Source: Psammoneis japonica (Eukaryota). From it: 64,000 nt of DNA. The DNA lies in the NCBI GenBank assembly GCA_008632985.1, contig QPGO01000305.1, positions 1 through 64,000 on the forward strand. The letters run 5' to 3'. A model generated the notes under the pieces. It was not told the origin of the DNA. It was given only the letters and a program-made list of their open reading frames with translations, and searched no databases. Shown here piece by piece: positions 36,223-49,975 of the stretch. The position numbers and the translations under genes are program-made. Within the stretch, counting starts at the first letter, position 1, and each line of letters starts with the position of its first letter.

Positions 36223-39200
36223 AAACATGTCTTTTCAGAGAAAACAAACATGTCATTTCAAGAAAAACAAACATGTGGTTTTAAGGAAAACAAACGTGTC
36301 ATTTCAAGGAAAACAAACATGTCTTTTCAAGGAAAACAAACATGTCTTTTCAAGGAAAACAAACGTGTCGTTTCAAGGGAAAAAAATGTCTTTTCAAGGA
36401 AAACAAATGCGGCGTTTCAAGGAAAACAAACATGTGGTTTCAATGAAAACAACCGTGTCTTTTCTGGGAAAACAAGTGTGTCGTTTCAAGGAAAACAAAC
36501 ACGTCTTTTCAAGGAAAACAAACATTTCGTTTCAAGGAAAACAAACATGTCTTTTCAAAAAAAAACAAACGTGTCGTTTCAAGGAAAACAAACATGTCTT
36601 TTCAAGGAAAACAAACGTGTCATTTCAAAGAAAACAAACATGTGGTTTCAAGGAAAACAAACATGTCTTTTCAAGGAAAACAAACATGTCTTTTAAAGGA
36701 AGACAAATGTGTCATTTCAAGAAAAACAATCGCGTCGTTTCAAGGAAAACAAACATGTCCTTTCAGGGAAAACAAACATGTCTTTTCAATGAAAACAAAC
36801 ATGTCGTTTCAAGGAAAACAAACATGTCTTGAAAACAAACATGTCTTTTCAAGGAAAACAAACATGTCGTTTCAAGGGGGGGAAAAAATGTCTTTTCAAG
36901 GACAACAAACATGTCGTTTCAAGGAAAACAAACATGTGTTTTCAAGGAAAACATCAGATTGGACATTGGATGTTTGCCGCTCGAGACAGCACAGAGCCAA
37001 CAGAGACAAAATTTGCCAGGGGCCCCACTCAAGATGGCGCCTGCCACTCAAGACTGGATGTTGAGCACTCGAGACACTGCAGCTCACCACTTGAGACGAT
37101 GACAGACGCGCTCCAGGTCCAGGTGGGACCTCGCACTGCTGAACTGTGACATCGACAGTTTTTTGAATCACGTCGCATGTTGCGCACGTAGATTTCTGCG
37201 CGATTTTTTTGACATTTTTTGTCATTTTGCGGTGCATTCATTGAGCGATCCGTCCAACAACTTTTGACATTTTTTGTTGCAGCGCGATTCTACAATGTCT
37301 TGAGAGTTGCGCAGGGCAGGTGCACCTGTAAAAACGTCGAGTGGCAAGAGGCACAATTGCACCACAAGCTTGGCAGCTCATTTGATGCTGAAGACAAACA
37401 CACCCATTGGTCAAATTCTTGCACTGCGGAGCTCGCACGTAGAATTCTGTGGGCCCAATGTCAACACGGAGTCCCATCCAGGACTGGAACCCATCGTTTT
37501 CAAGTGAAACAAATGTGTGGTTTCAAGGAAAACAAATGTGCAAACAAACATGTGGTTTCAAGGAAAACAAACATGTCAACGGGTTCCAGCCCCAGGTGGG
37601 ACTTTTTGTGACATTTGCCCCGTGGAATTCTGCGAGCTCTGCAGTTCGCACTCTGGTTGATGGACACATTTGTCTTCAACATGAAAAAAACGGCCAAGTT
37701 TGTGGCACATCTGTCCATGCAGGTGCTCAAAGTTTTAGACAACGTGCCTGCCCTGTGCCATTCTCAAGACACTCGAGAATGGCGCAGAAGAAAAAAATGT
37801 CAAAAGTTGGTCAATGCATGGCCTGACAATTGCGCTGTAAAATCAAACAAATGTGCGTGCGCAACATGCGACGCGATTCAAAAAACTGTCAATGTCACAG
37901 TTCAGCAGTGCGAGGTCCCACCTGGACCTGGAACGCATCTGTCGTTTCAAGGAAAACAAACATGTCTTTTGACGGAAACCAAACATGTCGTTTCAAGGAA
38001 AACAAACATGTCTTTTCAAGGAAAACAAACGTGTTGTTTCAAGGAAAACAAGCACGTCTTTTCAAGGAAAACAAACATGTCGTTTCAAGGAAAACAAACA
38101 CGTGGTTTCAAAAAAAACAAACATGTCTTTTCAAGGAGAGAGAATGGCGTAGAAGAAAAAAATGTCAAAAGTTGATCAATGCATGGCCTGACAATTGCAC
38201 TGTAAAATCACACAAAATTTCACCACAGTCACGCAGAAATGTGCGTGCGTGACACACGACGCGATTCAAAAAACTGTCGATGTCACAGTTCAGCAGTGCG
38301 AGGTCCCACCTAGACCTGGAATGCGTCTGTCATTTCAAGGAAAACAAATGTGTGTTTTCAAGGAAAACAAACATGTCGTTTCAAGGAAAACAAACACGCC
38401 ATTTCAAGGAAAACAAACATGTTGTTTCAAGGAAAACAAATGTGTCTTTTCAAGGAAAACAAACATGTGGTTTCAAGGAAAACAAACATGTCATTTCAAG
38501 GAAATCAAACATGCCTTTTCAATGAAAACAAACATGTCGTTTCAAGAAAAACAAATGTGTGGCTTTTCAAGGAAAACAAACATTTCGTTTCAAAGAAAAC
38601 AAACATGTCTTTTCAATGAAAACAAACATGTCATTTCAAGGAAAACAAATGTGTCATTTCAAGGAAAACAAACATGTCGTTTCAAGGAAAACAAACATGG
38701 TGTTTCAAGGAAAACAAACATGCCATTTCAAGGAAAACAAACATGTTGTTTCAAGGAAAACAAATGTGTCTTTTCAAGGAAAACAAACGTGTCGTTTCAA
38801 GGAAAACAAACATGTTGTTTCAAGGAAAACAAACATGTCATTTCAAAGAAAACAAACATGTCTTTTCAAGAAAAACAAACATGTCTTTTCAAGGAAAACA
38901 AACATTTCGTTTCAAAGAAAACAAACACGTCTTTTTAATGAAAACAAACATGTGTTTCAAGGAAAACAAACGTGTCATTTTAATGAAAACAAACATGTGG
39001 TTTCAAGGAAAACAAACATGTGGTTTCAAAGAAGACAAACATGTCTTTTCAAGGAAAACAAACATGTCGTTTCAAGGAAAATGAACACGTCGTTTCAAAG
39101 AAAACAAACATGCCATTTCAAGGAAAACAATCATGTTGTTTCAAGGAAAACAATTGTGTGTTTTCAAGGAAAACAAACATGTCGTTTCAAGGAAAACAAA

Positions 39201-39890
39201 CGTGCCATTTCAAGGAAAACAAACATGTTGTTTCAAGGAAAACAAACATGTCTTTTTAAGGAAAACAAACATGTCGTTTCGAGGAAAACAAACGTGTCGT
39301 TTCAAGGAAAACAAACATGTTGTTTCAAGGAAAACAAATGTGTCTTTTCAAGGAAAACAAACATGTTGTTTCAAGGAAATCAAACATGTCTTTTCAATGA
39401 AAACAAACATGTCATTTCAAGGAAAACAAACATGTGTTTTCAAGAAAAACAAACATGTGTTTTCAAGGAAAACAAACATGTGGTTTCAAGGAAAACAAAC
39501 ATGTGGTTTCAAGGAAAACAAACATGTCGTTTCAAGGAAAACAAACATGTTGTTTCAAGGAAAACAAACATGTCATTTCAAGGAAAACAAACATGTCATT
39601 TCAAGGAAAACAAACGTGTGGTTTCAAGGAAAACAAACTTGTCATTTCAAGGAAATCAAACATGTCTTTTCAATGAAAACAAACATTGTTTTTCTTGAAA
39701 TGGCACGTTTGTTTTCCTTGAAACGACATGTTTGTTTTCCTTGAAAAGACATGTTTGTTTTCCTTGAAACCACATGTTTGTTTTCCTTAAAATGACGCAT
39801 TTGTTTTCCTTGAAACGACATGTTTGTTTTCATCTGTTTTCCTTGAATTGACATTTTTTTTGAAATGACACGTTTGTCTTTCTTAAAACA
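36222..39890 (+). repeat. 23-bp satellite arrays with embedded MITEs; orientation flips at ~39685
   Basis: Arrays at 36222-36952, 37940-38138 and 38329-39685 (+), and 39686-39890 (-). Confidence 0.93.
37105..37939. mobile_element. Pair of opposed TIR MITEs (37105-37495 and 37578-37939)
   Basis: Same TIRs as 15108 and 21699. The second copy sits in satellite with TSD TGTC (37574-37577, 37940-37943). Partial copy at 38140-38328. Confidence 0.88.
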
Positions 39891-40159
39891 ACATGAGTTT
39901 GCCTTGAATTCTGCGCAAGAACGCACTGACGGAAGCAAACCAACACAATTCCATGTGCAGGAGAACAGCATCTGCACCCCACAAGAAGCTCACGCCTGTC
40001 CCCAAGTTCAGTTAGATCCATGAGACTGCAATGTGCAGCAATTTGTGGGGTTGATCCTCTCCCAGATGAAAATGTGCGACACCTCTGGAATGCTTGAGCA
40101 GCACTCGCAATTGAGCAACTCCTTTTTTGATGTCTGGTGGTCAAAACCTGCCACCGCCA

Positions 40160-41385
40160 ATCCAGCACCACTGGCAAAGAAGAGAAAGAAAAATGAGACT
40201 GTTGAGCCAATGAGCCTGAGACTTCAGGCAGTGTTGAAGAGAATGGGCACGCAGGCAGCGCATGGTGCGCTGAAACCAGAAGTGGAGAAGGTGGATGGAA
40301 ATGATCTCTTTTCACAGGTGAAGTTTCTCAGCCCATCAGAATTGGCAAGCAATGGGAGCATCTCAATGTTTGTCAAGAAACAGATTGCCGGTGGCAACAT
40401 GGACACTTCAAATTGGTCAGGAACTTGGGAGGAATGGGCAAAAGAGGCGGCAAAAAGGCAAGTTGACAATCTCAGAAACACGGTGTGTTCAGCTGTTGGG
40501 GCGGAGGCAATGGCCCGCAAGTTGGGTGACCAATGTGTGTGACTTGAGAGTTGCGCGCATCTCGCCAGAAGATGACAGAGATGCTTTGTCTGTGCAGGCG
40601 TTGTCACCAAGGAAGAGGGAAAGGAAAAAGAAAAGAAACTCAAGGCGGCAGTCAAGAGGAAAAAGCAAGGCAGGAAAAAGTCAAACCGAGGATTGTGCAG
40701 CAATGCAGTCATGGATTGGCACATGGCAACAAGGTGGAGGCAGAAATGGCGATGTGGGCACAGTGAAAAATGGCGCACATGATTTTCAACAAGTTGTCAC
40801 GACATTGGCGCAGCAAACTTGCAACCAGAGGTTGGCCTGTCATTGTGCGACAACAATTTTTTGCAACATTTTGACAAATTGCCATCATGCAAATCCACAC
40901 ATTTTTGACGTTTCGTGCACTCTGATGCGTGTGTTGTGCACAGCATCATTGCACAGCATTTGTCCAACTCTCCCTCTCATCGCAGGATGGGTTGTTGCCA
41001 TGTGGTGCATCTGCACAGCGGACTTGCGAATTTGACCATGCACTCCCTCTGTCAGGCAGGATGGGTTGGTGCCATGTGGCGCATCCGGCCATGGGAGGAG
41101 TGGGTTCGAAGCCCAGCCGCCCACCCCGGATGGGGCTGGAAAGGGGCAGGCCGAGAAAGAAAAGGAGGCTTGGATTTGAGGCCGATTCAAGCCAGCGACC
41201 TCAGGAAGCGCAAAGACTCACAACCACTCAGAACGCTGCACACTGCCCTGGTGAGTGCAGGAGGTTCTCAACAACCCAACAGGCAAAGACATTGCCACTC
41301 GGCTGGCTGTTGAGTCCCTTCTCCGCACACACATTCAGGCATGTGTTGTGCACAGCATTGTCACACAGCATTTGTCCAACTGAAA
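40160..41385 (+). repeat. Module M copy fused to an inverted piece of 8900-9170
   Basis: 39890-40150 mirrors ~8900-9170. The same junction occurs at 51565-51790. Confidence 0.9.
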
Positions 41386-43165
41386 ACACATGTTTGTTTT
41401 CCTTGAAATGACGTGTTTGTTTTCCTTGAAACGACGTGTTTGTTTTCCTTGAAAAGACACACTTGTTTTCCTTGAAATGACACGTTTGTTTTCACTGAAA
41501 ACACGTGTTTGTTTTCCTTGAAACGACGTGTTTGCTTTCAAGACATGTTTGTTTTCATTGAAAAAACATGTTTGTTTTCCTTGAAATGACGTGTTTGTTT
41601 TCATTGAAAAGACATGTTTGTTTTCCTTGAAAAGACACACCCACACATTTGTTTTCCTTGAAACGACACGTTTGTTGCACAGCATCGTCACACAGCATTT
41701 GTCCAACTCTCCCTCTCATCGCAGGATGGGTTGTTGCCATGTGGCACATCTGCACAGCGGACTTGCAAATTTGACCATGCACTCCCTCTGTCAGGCAGGA
41801 TGGGTTGGTGCCATGTGGCGCATCCGGCCAAGGGAGGAGTGGGTTCGAAGCCCAGCCGCCCACCCCGGATGGGGTTGGAAAGGGGCAGGCCAAGAAAGAA
41901 AAGGAGGCTTCGATTTGAGGCCAATTCAAGCCAGCAACCTCAGGAAGCACAGCACACATTCAGGCATGTGTTGTGAACAGCATCGTCGCACAGCATTTGT
42001 CCAACTGAACATGACAGTTTTCCTTGAAAAGACATGTTTGTTTTCCTTGAAACCACATGTTTGTTTTCCTTGAAACCACATGTTTGTTTTCCTTGAAATG
42101 ACACATTTGTTTTCCTTGAAAAGACATGTTTGTTTTCTTTGAAACAACATGTTTGTTTTTCTTGATGAGACATGTTTGTTTTCCTTGAAAAGACATGTTT
42201 GTTTTCCTTGAAACCACATGTTTGTTTTCCCTGAAATGACACGTTTGTTTTCCTTGAAAAGACACATTTGTTTTCCTTGAAACGACATGTTTGTTTTCCC
42301 TGAAATGACATGTTTGGTTTCTTTGAAACCACATGTTTGTTTTTCTTGAAAACACATGTTTGTTTTCCTTGAAACGACATGTTTTTTTTCGTTGAAAAGA
42401 AATGTTTGTTTTCCTTAGAAACACACATTTGTTTTCCTTGAAAAGACATGTTTGTTTTCCTTGAGACAACATGTTTGTTTTCCTTGAAAAGACATGTTTG
42501 TTTTCCTTGAAATGACATGTTTGTTTTCCCTGAAACGACATGTTTGTTTTCCTTGAAACCACATGTTTGTTTTCCTTGAAAACACATGTTTGTTTTCCTT
42601 GAAACGACATGTTTGTTTTCCTTGAAAAGACATGTTTGTTTTCCTTGAAACCACATGTTTGTTTTCCTTGAAACCACATGTTTGTTTTCCTTGAAAAGAC
42701 ATGTTTGTTTTCTTTGAAACAACATGTTTGTTTTTCTTGAAAAGACATGTTTGTTTTTCTTGAAAAAACATGTTTGTTTTCTGTGAAACCACATGTTTGT
42801 TTTCCCTGAAACGACATGTTTTTTTTCCTTGAAAGGACACGTTTGTTTTTCTTGAAAAGACATGTTCGTTTTCCTTGAAAAGACATGCTTGTTTTCCGTG
42901 AAACGACATGTTTGTTTTCCTTGAAACCACATGTTTGTTTTTCTTGAAAACACATGTTTGTTTTCCTTGAAACAACATGTTTGTTTTCCTTGAAATGACA
43001 TGTTTGCTTTCCTTGAAAAGACACCTTTGTTTTCCTTGAAACCACATGTTTGTTTTCCTTGAAACCACATGTTTGTTTTCCTTGAAAAGACATGCTTGTT
43101 TTCCTTGAAATGACACGTTTGTTTGCCATGAAACAAACATGTTTGTTTTCCTTGAAACCACGTGT
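41385..43165 (-). repeat. 23-bp satellite arrays (reverse) with partial module M at 41675-42015
   Basis: Tandem monomers. Confidence 0.93.
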
Positions 43166-43689
43166 TTTTTTTTTTTCTGGTTTCAGCGCACCATGCGCTG
43201 CCTGCATGCCCATTCTCTTCAACACTGCCTGAAGTCTCAGGCTCATTGGCTCAACAGTCTCATTTTTCTTTCTCTTCTTTGCCGGTGGTGCTGGAGACGA
43301 CATCTTGATCTTTTCACAGCAGGCCTGTTCCAGCTCCAGGTGCTCCGCGCGGGTTCGATTCCCATCATTTGGAAATTTGTGCATTTGGCGCAATTGACTT
43401 TTTCCAAATCCGTTTTTTGGCAAATGAAAGGGCGAGTGTGCACTTTGCATGCATTTTCGGGTGTGCACTCACCTTTCGATTTTCGAAACGATCAAAATTG
43501 AAGGAGTCAATTGCGCCAAACTGCGCAGAAAATCGGCCTCTCGCGTGATGAAAAGCAGAGCACCTGGAGCTGGAACAGGCCAGCAACAAGGAGAGGAGCA
43601 TTGCTGTTCGACAGTGCAGCCGTCATTTGGGTCATGTTGAGACAGCCAGCCAGTCCATTTTTCTCCACAACATTGAACAAATTGTTGTC

Positions 43690-43985
43690 AGCAACCACGC
43701 TGCTGCAGTGCATCCTTGCTCCAAAGAGTGCACGCCAATGAGGAATGTCCCCATTTGCGTGGCTGCTGCCATGTGGGTTGATCCAGCCAATGGACAGCCA
43801 CGCCCACTGCCAGCCCACAAGGCTGTGTTTTTCAGGGAAAGAATGACTGACACCCTGCTGTGCCCCAGCCAACTGTGAGCAAGTGAGCTGACTGTCCACG
43901 ACACCCCTTGCCAGTTTGACCCCAACAGCGCGCACTCTGTTGTTTTCCCTGACTTGAAAATCAGGGTGCTTTTGCGTGCGCAAGG
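43690..43985 (+). mobile_element. Copia family B protease-region fragment (also 59760-60055)
   Basis: PMRNVPICVAAAMWVDPANGQP.LL..HEAVFF..MTDTLLCPSQL matches 48600-48885. Confidence 0.85.
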
Positions 43986-44047
43986 TGAGTTGAGTGCCAG
44001 AGCGGGACTTGGGCCTGTCAGCAGAGAAGACTTCAATGTCAAGGTCA

Positions 44048-46497
44048 AACAAACATGTCTTGAAAACAAACATGTCGTTTCAAGGAAAACAAACATGTCG
44101 CTTCAAGGGAAAAAATGTCTTTTCAAGGAAAACAAATGCGGCGTTTCAAGGAAAACAAACATGTGGTTTCAATGAAAACAACCACGTCTTTTCTGGGAAA
44201 ACAAGTGTGTCGTTTCAAGGAAAACAAACATGTCTTTTCAAGGAAAACAAACGTTTCGTTTCAAGGAAAACAAACATGTCTTTTCAAGGAAAACAAACGT
44301 GTCGTTTCAAGGAAAACAAACATGTCTTTTCAACGAAAACAAACGTGTCATTTCAAAGAAAACAAACATGTGGTTTCAAGGAAAACAAACATGTCTTTTC
44401 AAGGAGAACAAACATGTCTTTTCAAGGAAAACAAATGTGTCATTTCAAGAAAAACAATTGCGTCATTTCAAGGAAAACAAACACGTCTTTTCAGGGAAAA
44501 CAAACACGTCTTTTCAATGAAAACAAACATGTCGTTTCAAGGAAAACAAACATGTCTTGAAAACAAACATGTCTTTTCAAGGAAAACAAACATGCCATTT
44601 CAAGGAAAACAAACATGTCGTTTCAATGGGGAAAAAAAATGTCTTTTCAAGGACAACAAACGTGTCGTTTCAAGGAAAACAAACATGTGTTTTCAAGGAA
44701 AATGTCAGATTGGACATTGGACGTTTGCCACTCGAGACAGCACAGAGCCAACAGAGACAAAATTTGCCAGGGGCCCCACTCAAGATGGCGCCTGCCGCTC
44801 AAGACTGGATGTTTGGCACTCGAGACACTGCAGCTCACCACTTGAGACGATGACAGACGCGCCCCAGGTCCAGGTGGGACCTCGCACTGCTGAGCTGTGA
44901 CATCGACAGTTTTTTGAATCACGTCGCATGTTGCGCGTGCAGATTTCTGCGTGATTTTTTTGACATTTTTTGTCATTTTACGGTGCATTCATTGAGCGAT
45001 CCGTCCAACAACTTTTGACATTTTTTGTTGCAGTGCGATTCTACAATGTCTTGAGAGTCGCACAGGGCAGGCGCACCTGCAAAAACATCAAGTGGCAAGA
45101 GGCACAATTGCACCACAAACTTGGCAGCTCATTTGATGTTGAAGACAAACACACCCATTGGTCAAATTCTCGCACTGCGGAGCTCGCACGCAGAATTCTG
45201 TGGGCCCAATGTCACACGGAGTCCCATCCAGGACTGGAGCCCATTGTTTTCAAGTGAAACAAATGTGTGGTTTCAAGGAAAACAAACATGCAAACAAACA
45301 TGTGGCTTCAAGGAAAACAAACATGTCAATGGGTTCCAGCCCCAGGTGGGACTTTTTGTGACATTTGCCCCATGGAATTCTGTGAGCTCTGCAGTTTGCA
45401 CTCTGGTTGATGGACACATTTGTCTTCAACATGAAAAAAACGGCCAAGTTTGTGGCACATCTGTCCATGCAGGTGCTCGAAGTTTTGGACAACATGCCTG
45501 CCCTGCGCCATTCTCAAGACACTCGAGAATGGCGCAGAAAAAAAAAAGGCAAAAGTTGGTCAATGCATGGCCTGACAATTGCACTGCAAAATCACACAAA
45601 ATTTCGCCACAATCACACAGAAATGTGCGTGCGCGACATGCGACGCGATTCAAAAAACTGTCAATGTCGCAGCTCAGCAGTGCAAGGTCCCACCTGGACC
45701 TGGAACGCGTCTGTCGTTTCAAGGAAAACAAATGTGTGTTTTCAAGGAAAACAAACATGTCGTTTCAAGGAAAACAAACACGTCTTTTCAAGGAAAACAA
45801 ACATGTTGTTTCAAGGAAAACAAACACGTCGTTTCAAGGAAAACAAACATGTTGAAAACAAACACCTCGTTTCAAAGAAAACAAACATGTCTTTTTTAAT
45901 GAAAACAAACATGTCGTTTCAAGGAAAACAAATGTGTCTTTTCAAGGAAAACAAACATGTGGTTTCAAGGAAAACAAACATGTCGTTTCAAGGAAATCAA
46001 ACGTGTCTTTTCAATGAAAACAAATGTGTCATTTCAAGGAAAACAAACCCTGTGTTTTCAAGGAAAACAAACATGTGGTTTCAAGGAAAACAAACATGCT
46101 GTTTCAAGGAAAACAAGCGTGTCTTTTTAAGGAAAACAAACGTGTCGTTTCAAGGAAAACAAACGTGTCATTTCAAGGAAAACAAACATGTGGTTTCAAG
46201 GAAAACAAACTTGTCGTTTCAAGGAAAACAAACATGTCTTTTCAATGAAAACAAACATGTGTTTTCAAGGAAAACAAACATGTGGTTTCAGGGAAAACAA
46301 ACATGTCTTTTCAAGGAAACCAAACATGTCTTGAAAACAAACATGTCTTTTCAAGGAAAACAAACATGTCGTTTCAAGGAAAACAAACATGTCATTTCAA
46401 GGAAAACAAATGTGTCTTTTCAAGGAAAACAAACACGTCTTTTCATTGAAAACAAACATGTTGTTTCAAGGAAAACAAACATGTCGTTTTGAACAAA
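44048..46497 (+). repeat. 23-bp satellite with MITE pair (44856-45245, 45328-45711)
   Basis: Same block as 36400-37990 and 60118-61790. Confidence 0.92.
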
Positions 46498-46499
46498 TG

Positions 46500-49400
46500 C
46501 TGGTGTGCTGTCACAAACACAGGCAGTTTGTGTGCTGTTGGCGATTGGTTCACTGTTGCTTGATCAGCGGCCCCAATGGCGCAACATCTCACAATTCTAG
46601 AACCTGCTGATGCTGCTCAACACTCTGTCTTGTCTTGCACCCAATTCCAGCCATCATGGTGGCATTTGGTCACTTTGTCAGAGCCAGCGCGCTGTGATGT
46701 TCATCGCCTGGAACGGGCATTGCAAACGGTGTGACGGCATCGTTGCGATCAATTGATTTTTGTGGCAAGCGCCATGTTGGTCCCATGGTTGCTCGCGCAA
46801 TTGCTGAGTCCTTTGTGTGTGTCAACATTCATGGACATGAACAACATGCTCTTGGAGACCAGAGCTGTGATCCGTCAGACATGACGTCATCACACGAAAT
46901 GTTTGATCATGTGGATGGAACATGTGGCTGAGACACGCAAACATTCGTGATGAAGACAACACAATGATTTGTGCACTGTCTGTCATTTGACCACACACAT
47001 CTCATCAATCAAAGTGCATCATCAAATTGTTTGGACGCTGCACATGTGGATGCATGTCTGTTGGACATTGTCGCTTGGGGGCAACACTGCCTGCTCATGG
47101 GTTCGCCAAGCAGAAACCGCCAAATCGGCATGAGAGCCATGCATTTTTCTCACTTTCCTCCACTCACACAAGTGGATGCTCACGCATCGAAATGCGAACA
47201 ACTGCTGATGCGCCATGGCCGCTGCTGCAGCCTTTGCCGCCTGTCTTGCGCGTTGTGGGCACAGTGCACAGACGCGCACCCACATGGCCCGTCAAGGCTT
47301 CACTGCTGTCGAGGACCTGGAGCAGGTCCCTTTGACTGAAATTGCCGACATGACGAAGGGCACCATGAAAAGCGTGGGTGCCGCTGCCAGCCCTCAAGTC
47401 CACTTTCCACACCTGGCGAATCGAAAGCTCAAGGCACTGCACGCATGGATTGACTGCCGCAGAGCCCGGAACCAACAGCCGACCGCTGCTCTCTTCGCTG
47501 GCGACGTTGTTGGAACATGGGCGGCACGTCTGATGGAACTGGAGCAATTCAAGTCCGCCGACTCGGACGACGAATTGGCTGCCAAAACGGCCGTGGAGCT
47601 CAAGAACCCACACAACTGGCCCACCTTCCAAGAGTTGCTGGAGACCGAACTGCGCCACCACCGCAGCACCGTCGCCGAAGTTCCCCTCATCTGTCCAGCT
47701 GGGGAACATGAGGAAGTCACCGCCGAGATGTTGGCTGCCACCTGCGCTGCCATTGACGAGGACCTCATTGCTGCCACCCGCCTTGCGGGCGCTCAGCATG
47801 CGCAGGACAGGCAATGACTGCATGATCTCCTGAAGAAGCCAGTGATGGGGGGCCCGGATGGGCTTTTGTCAAACCTTCCAATCGCAGCCGCGATGGTCGC
47901 ACTGCTTTCTTTGCACTTGAGAGGCAGGCGGAAGGATCAGCTGCGCCACCACCCAAAAGAGCCGTGCTCATGCACAGATTGCTGCCGCGAAGTGCACCGG
48001 ATGGGGTCGATTTGCATTTGACCAGCACATTCAGCATCATCAAAAGGCTCACAACGACTTGTCTGAGCTTGATGAACTGGTGGCCGAGACCAAGAAGGTC
48101 TCTGACTTTCTGAAGGGCATCTCCGACCGGAGTGCTCTTGACGGTCCCGAGCGAGAGCAAGTCCAAAAGCTCCGCGACGCCAAGAAGGCCAAAAAGAAAT
48201 GCAAAGCTGCTGCTGTGTCCTTGGAAGCTGAGTCGGTCGATGCCGAAACTCGCGCTGCAAAGAAAGCGGCTGTTGCCGAGCCTGCTGCTCAACCTGCTGA
48301 TGCACCGAAAGACTCCGACGAGCCTGTGAACCTGCCGCCAATGCAGGCACCCAGTTTGGATGCAGCGCACATGAGAAACCTCAGAATGAGGAATGAACAG
48401 TTGCGCCAGCACTGAAAGGCACAGAGCCAAATGTCGCTAAACCTGCTGGCACTGTTTGTTTGTCTGGGTGATTCTCAAAGGATGTGCGTGTCTCTTTGTC
48501 ATCTGCTGGAAATTCAGATGACAAAGCCACCACTGATTTAGACTCGCACGCTGACACGTGTGCTGTTGGGTCCAATTTTGTGATGTGCTCTGACATCGAC
48601 AGAACTGTCGTGGTGCACCCCCACTCCGAAGAGCACGCGCCAATGGAAAACACTCCTGTTTGCATGGCTGCTGCCGTGTGGGTTGATCCAACTGATGGAC
48701 AACCGTGCTTGCTGCCAGTCCACGAGGCCATGTTTTTTGGGGACAAGATGACCAACACCCTTCTGTGCCCCAACCAACTGCAAGCAAATGGGCTGATTGT
48801 CCACGACACCCCTTGCCAGTTTGATCCGACTGGCGCGCACTCCATTGCTTTCCCTGACTTGAAGATCAGGGTGCCACTGCGAACAAGAGGCGTTGCTTCT
48901 GTCTTTGATTCACACGAGCCAACAAATGAGGATCTGGAGAACCTCCCCTGGCTGGAACTCACATCACCCCCGAGATGGGAGCCTTCTGCTGATGCCATGG
49001 CGCAAAAGGAGGAAGCGCGTGCATGTGCCAGTGTGCGCCAAGGATCAGCAAAGTCGGGCAGATGGTCGACGACAATGAATGTGACCAGGTGTGTTGCTTC
49101 CATTCATTCACACCAAATGTCCTGTCATGACGAGAGCGTCATTGTGGACACTGATGATGACAATTCACTGCATTGTCACATGGTTGCTCAGGTGAATGTC
49201 TCCCACAACAACACCAAGGGAGACGGGCCACACGACCGGCATGACCTGGATGTCCACCTGGATTGTGCCGAGCGGAAACGGGTGCATGCACTGTCGACCT
49301 TGAGTCGTGCATCAACTGTCACGCCCGAGACACTCTCTAAAAGGTGGAACATTGGCCTGACGGCTGCTGAGAACACCATCAGAGTGATGACCCAGGCAGG

Positions 49401-49975
49401 GGTCCGCAATGTCTGCACACCATCCGAACGGAAAGTCCGGAAGAAAGCCCCTTGGCTCAAGTTCCCTGCTGTCAAGGGACGACTCTACTCCGGCCAGATG
49501 TCTTCAAAGGTCAAATTGACACATGGCAAGATGGGAGGAAGCGCACTTGCCAACGGAAGAGGGTGTGACAGGTTCCATCCTTGGAAGAGGAAACAGGACC
49601 ACCCAGATGCCGTCATGTCATTTGTGCATGACGTTGGCACACCGCAGGTCCTTGTGTCGGATGGCGCACCGAAATGGCGGAAGGCCAGACCAAGGAGATC
49701 TGCAAGGAATGCAGGATGCACCAGGAGGTGTCCACTCCATGCAGCCCCTGGCAGAACCTGGCCGAGGCATCCATTCGTGAGTTGAAGAAAAGAGTCCGTG
49801 TGACTCTGCGCTGGACTGGCGCTCACAGACGACTTTGGTCCCACAGTGCCAAATGGACATGTGACATCCGACGCATGATTGCAGCCAGTGTGTCAGACAT
49901 GGGAGGACGAGTCCCAGAAGAGGAGGTGACGGGTTCAACACCCGACATCTCTTCCCTCTCTCTCTTTGATTGGTG
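46500..49975 (+). mobile_element. 5' half of a degenerate Ty1/Copia (family B): leader, gag, protease, integrase
   Basis: gag from ATG 47215 (MAAAAAFAACLARCG..), VAETKKVSDFLKGI, PR TDLDSHADTCAVGSNF (~48530), INT VTPETLSKRWNIGL..PQVLVSDGA..SPWQNLAEASIRELK..EEVTGSTPDIS..FDW. Cut by satellite at 49975. Confidence 0.93.
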
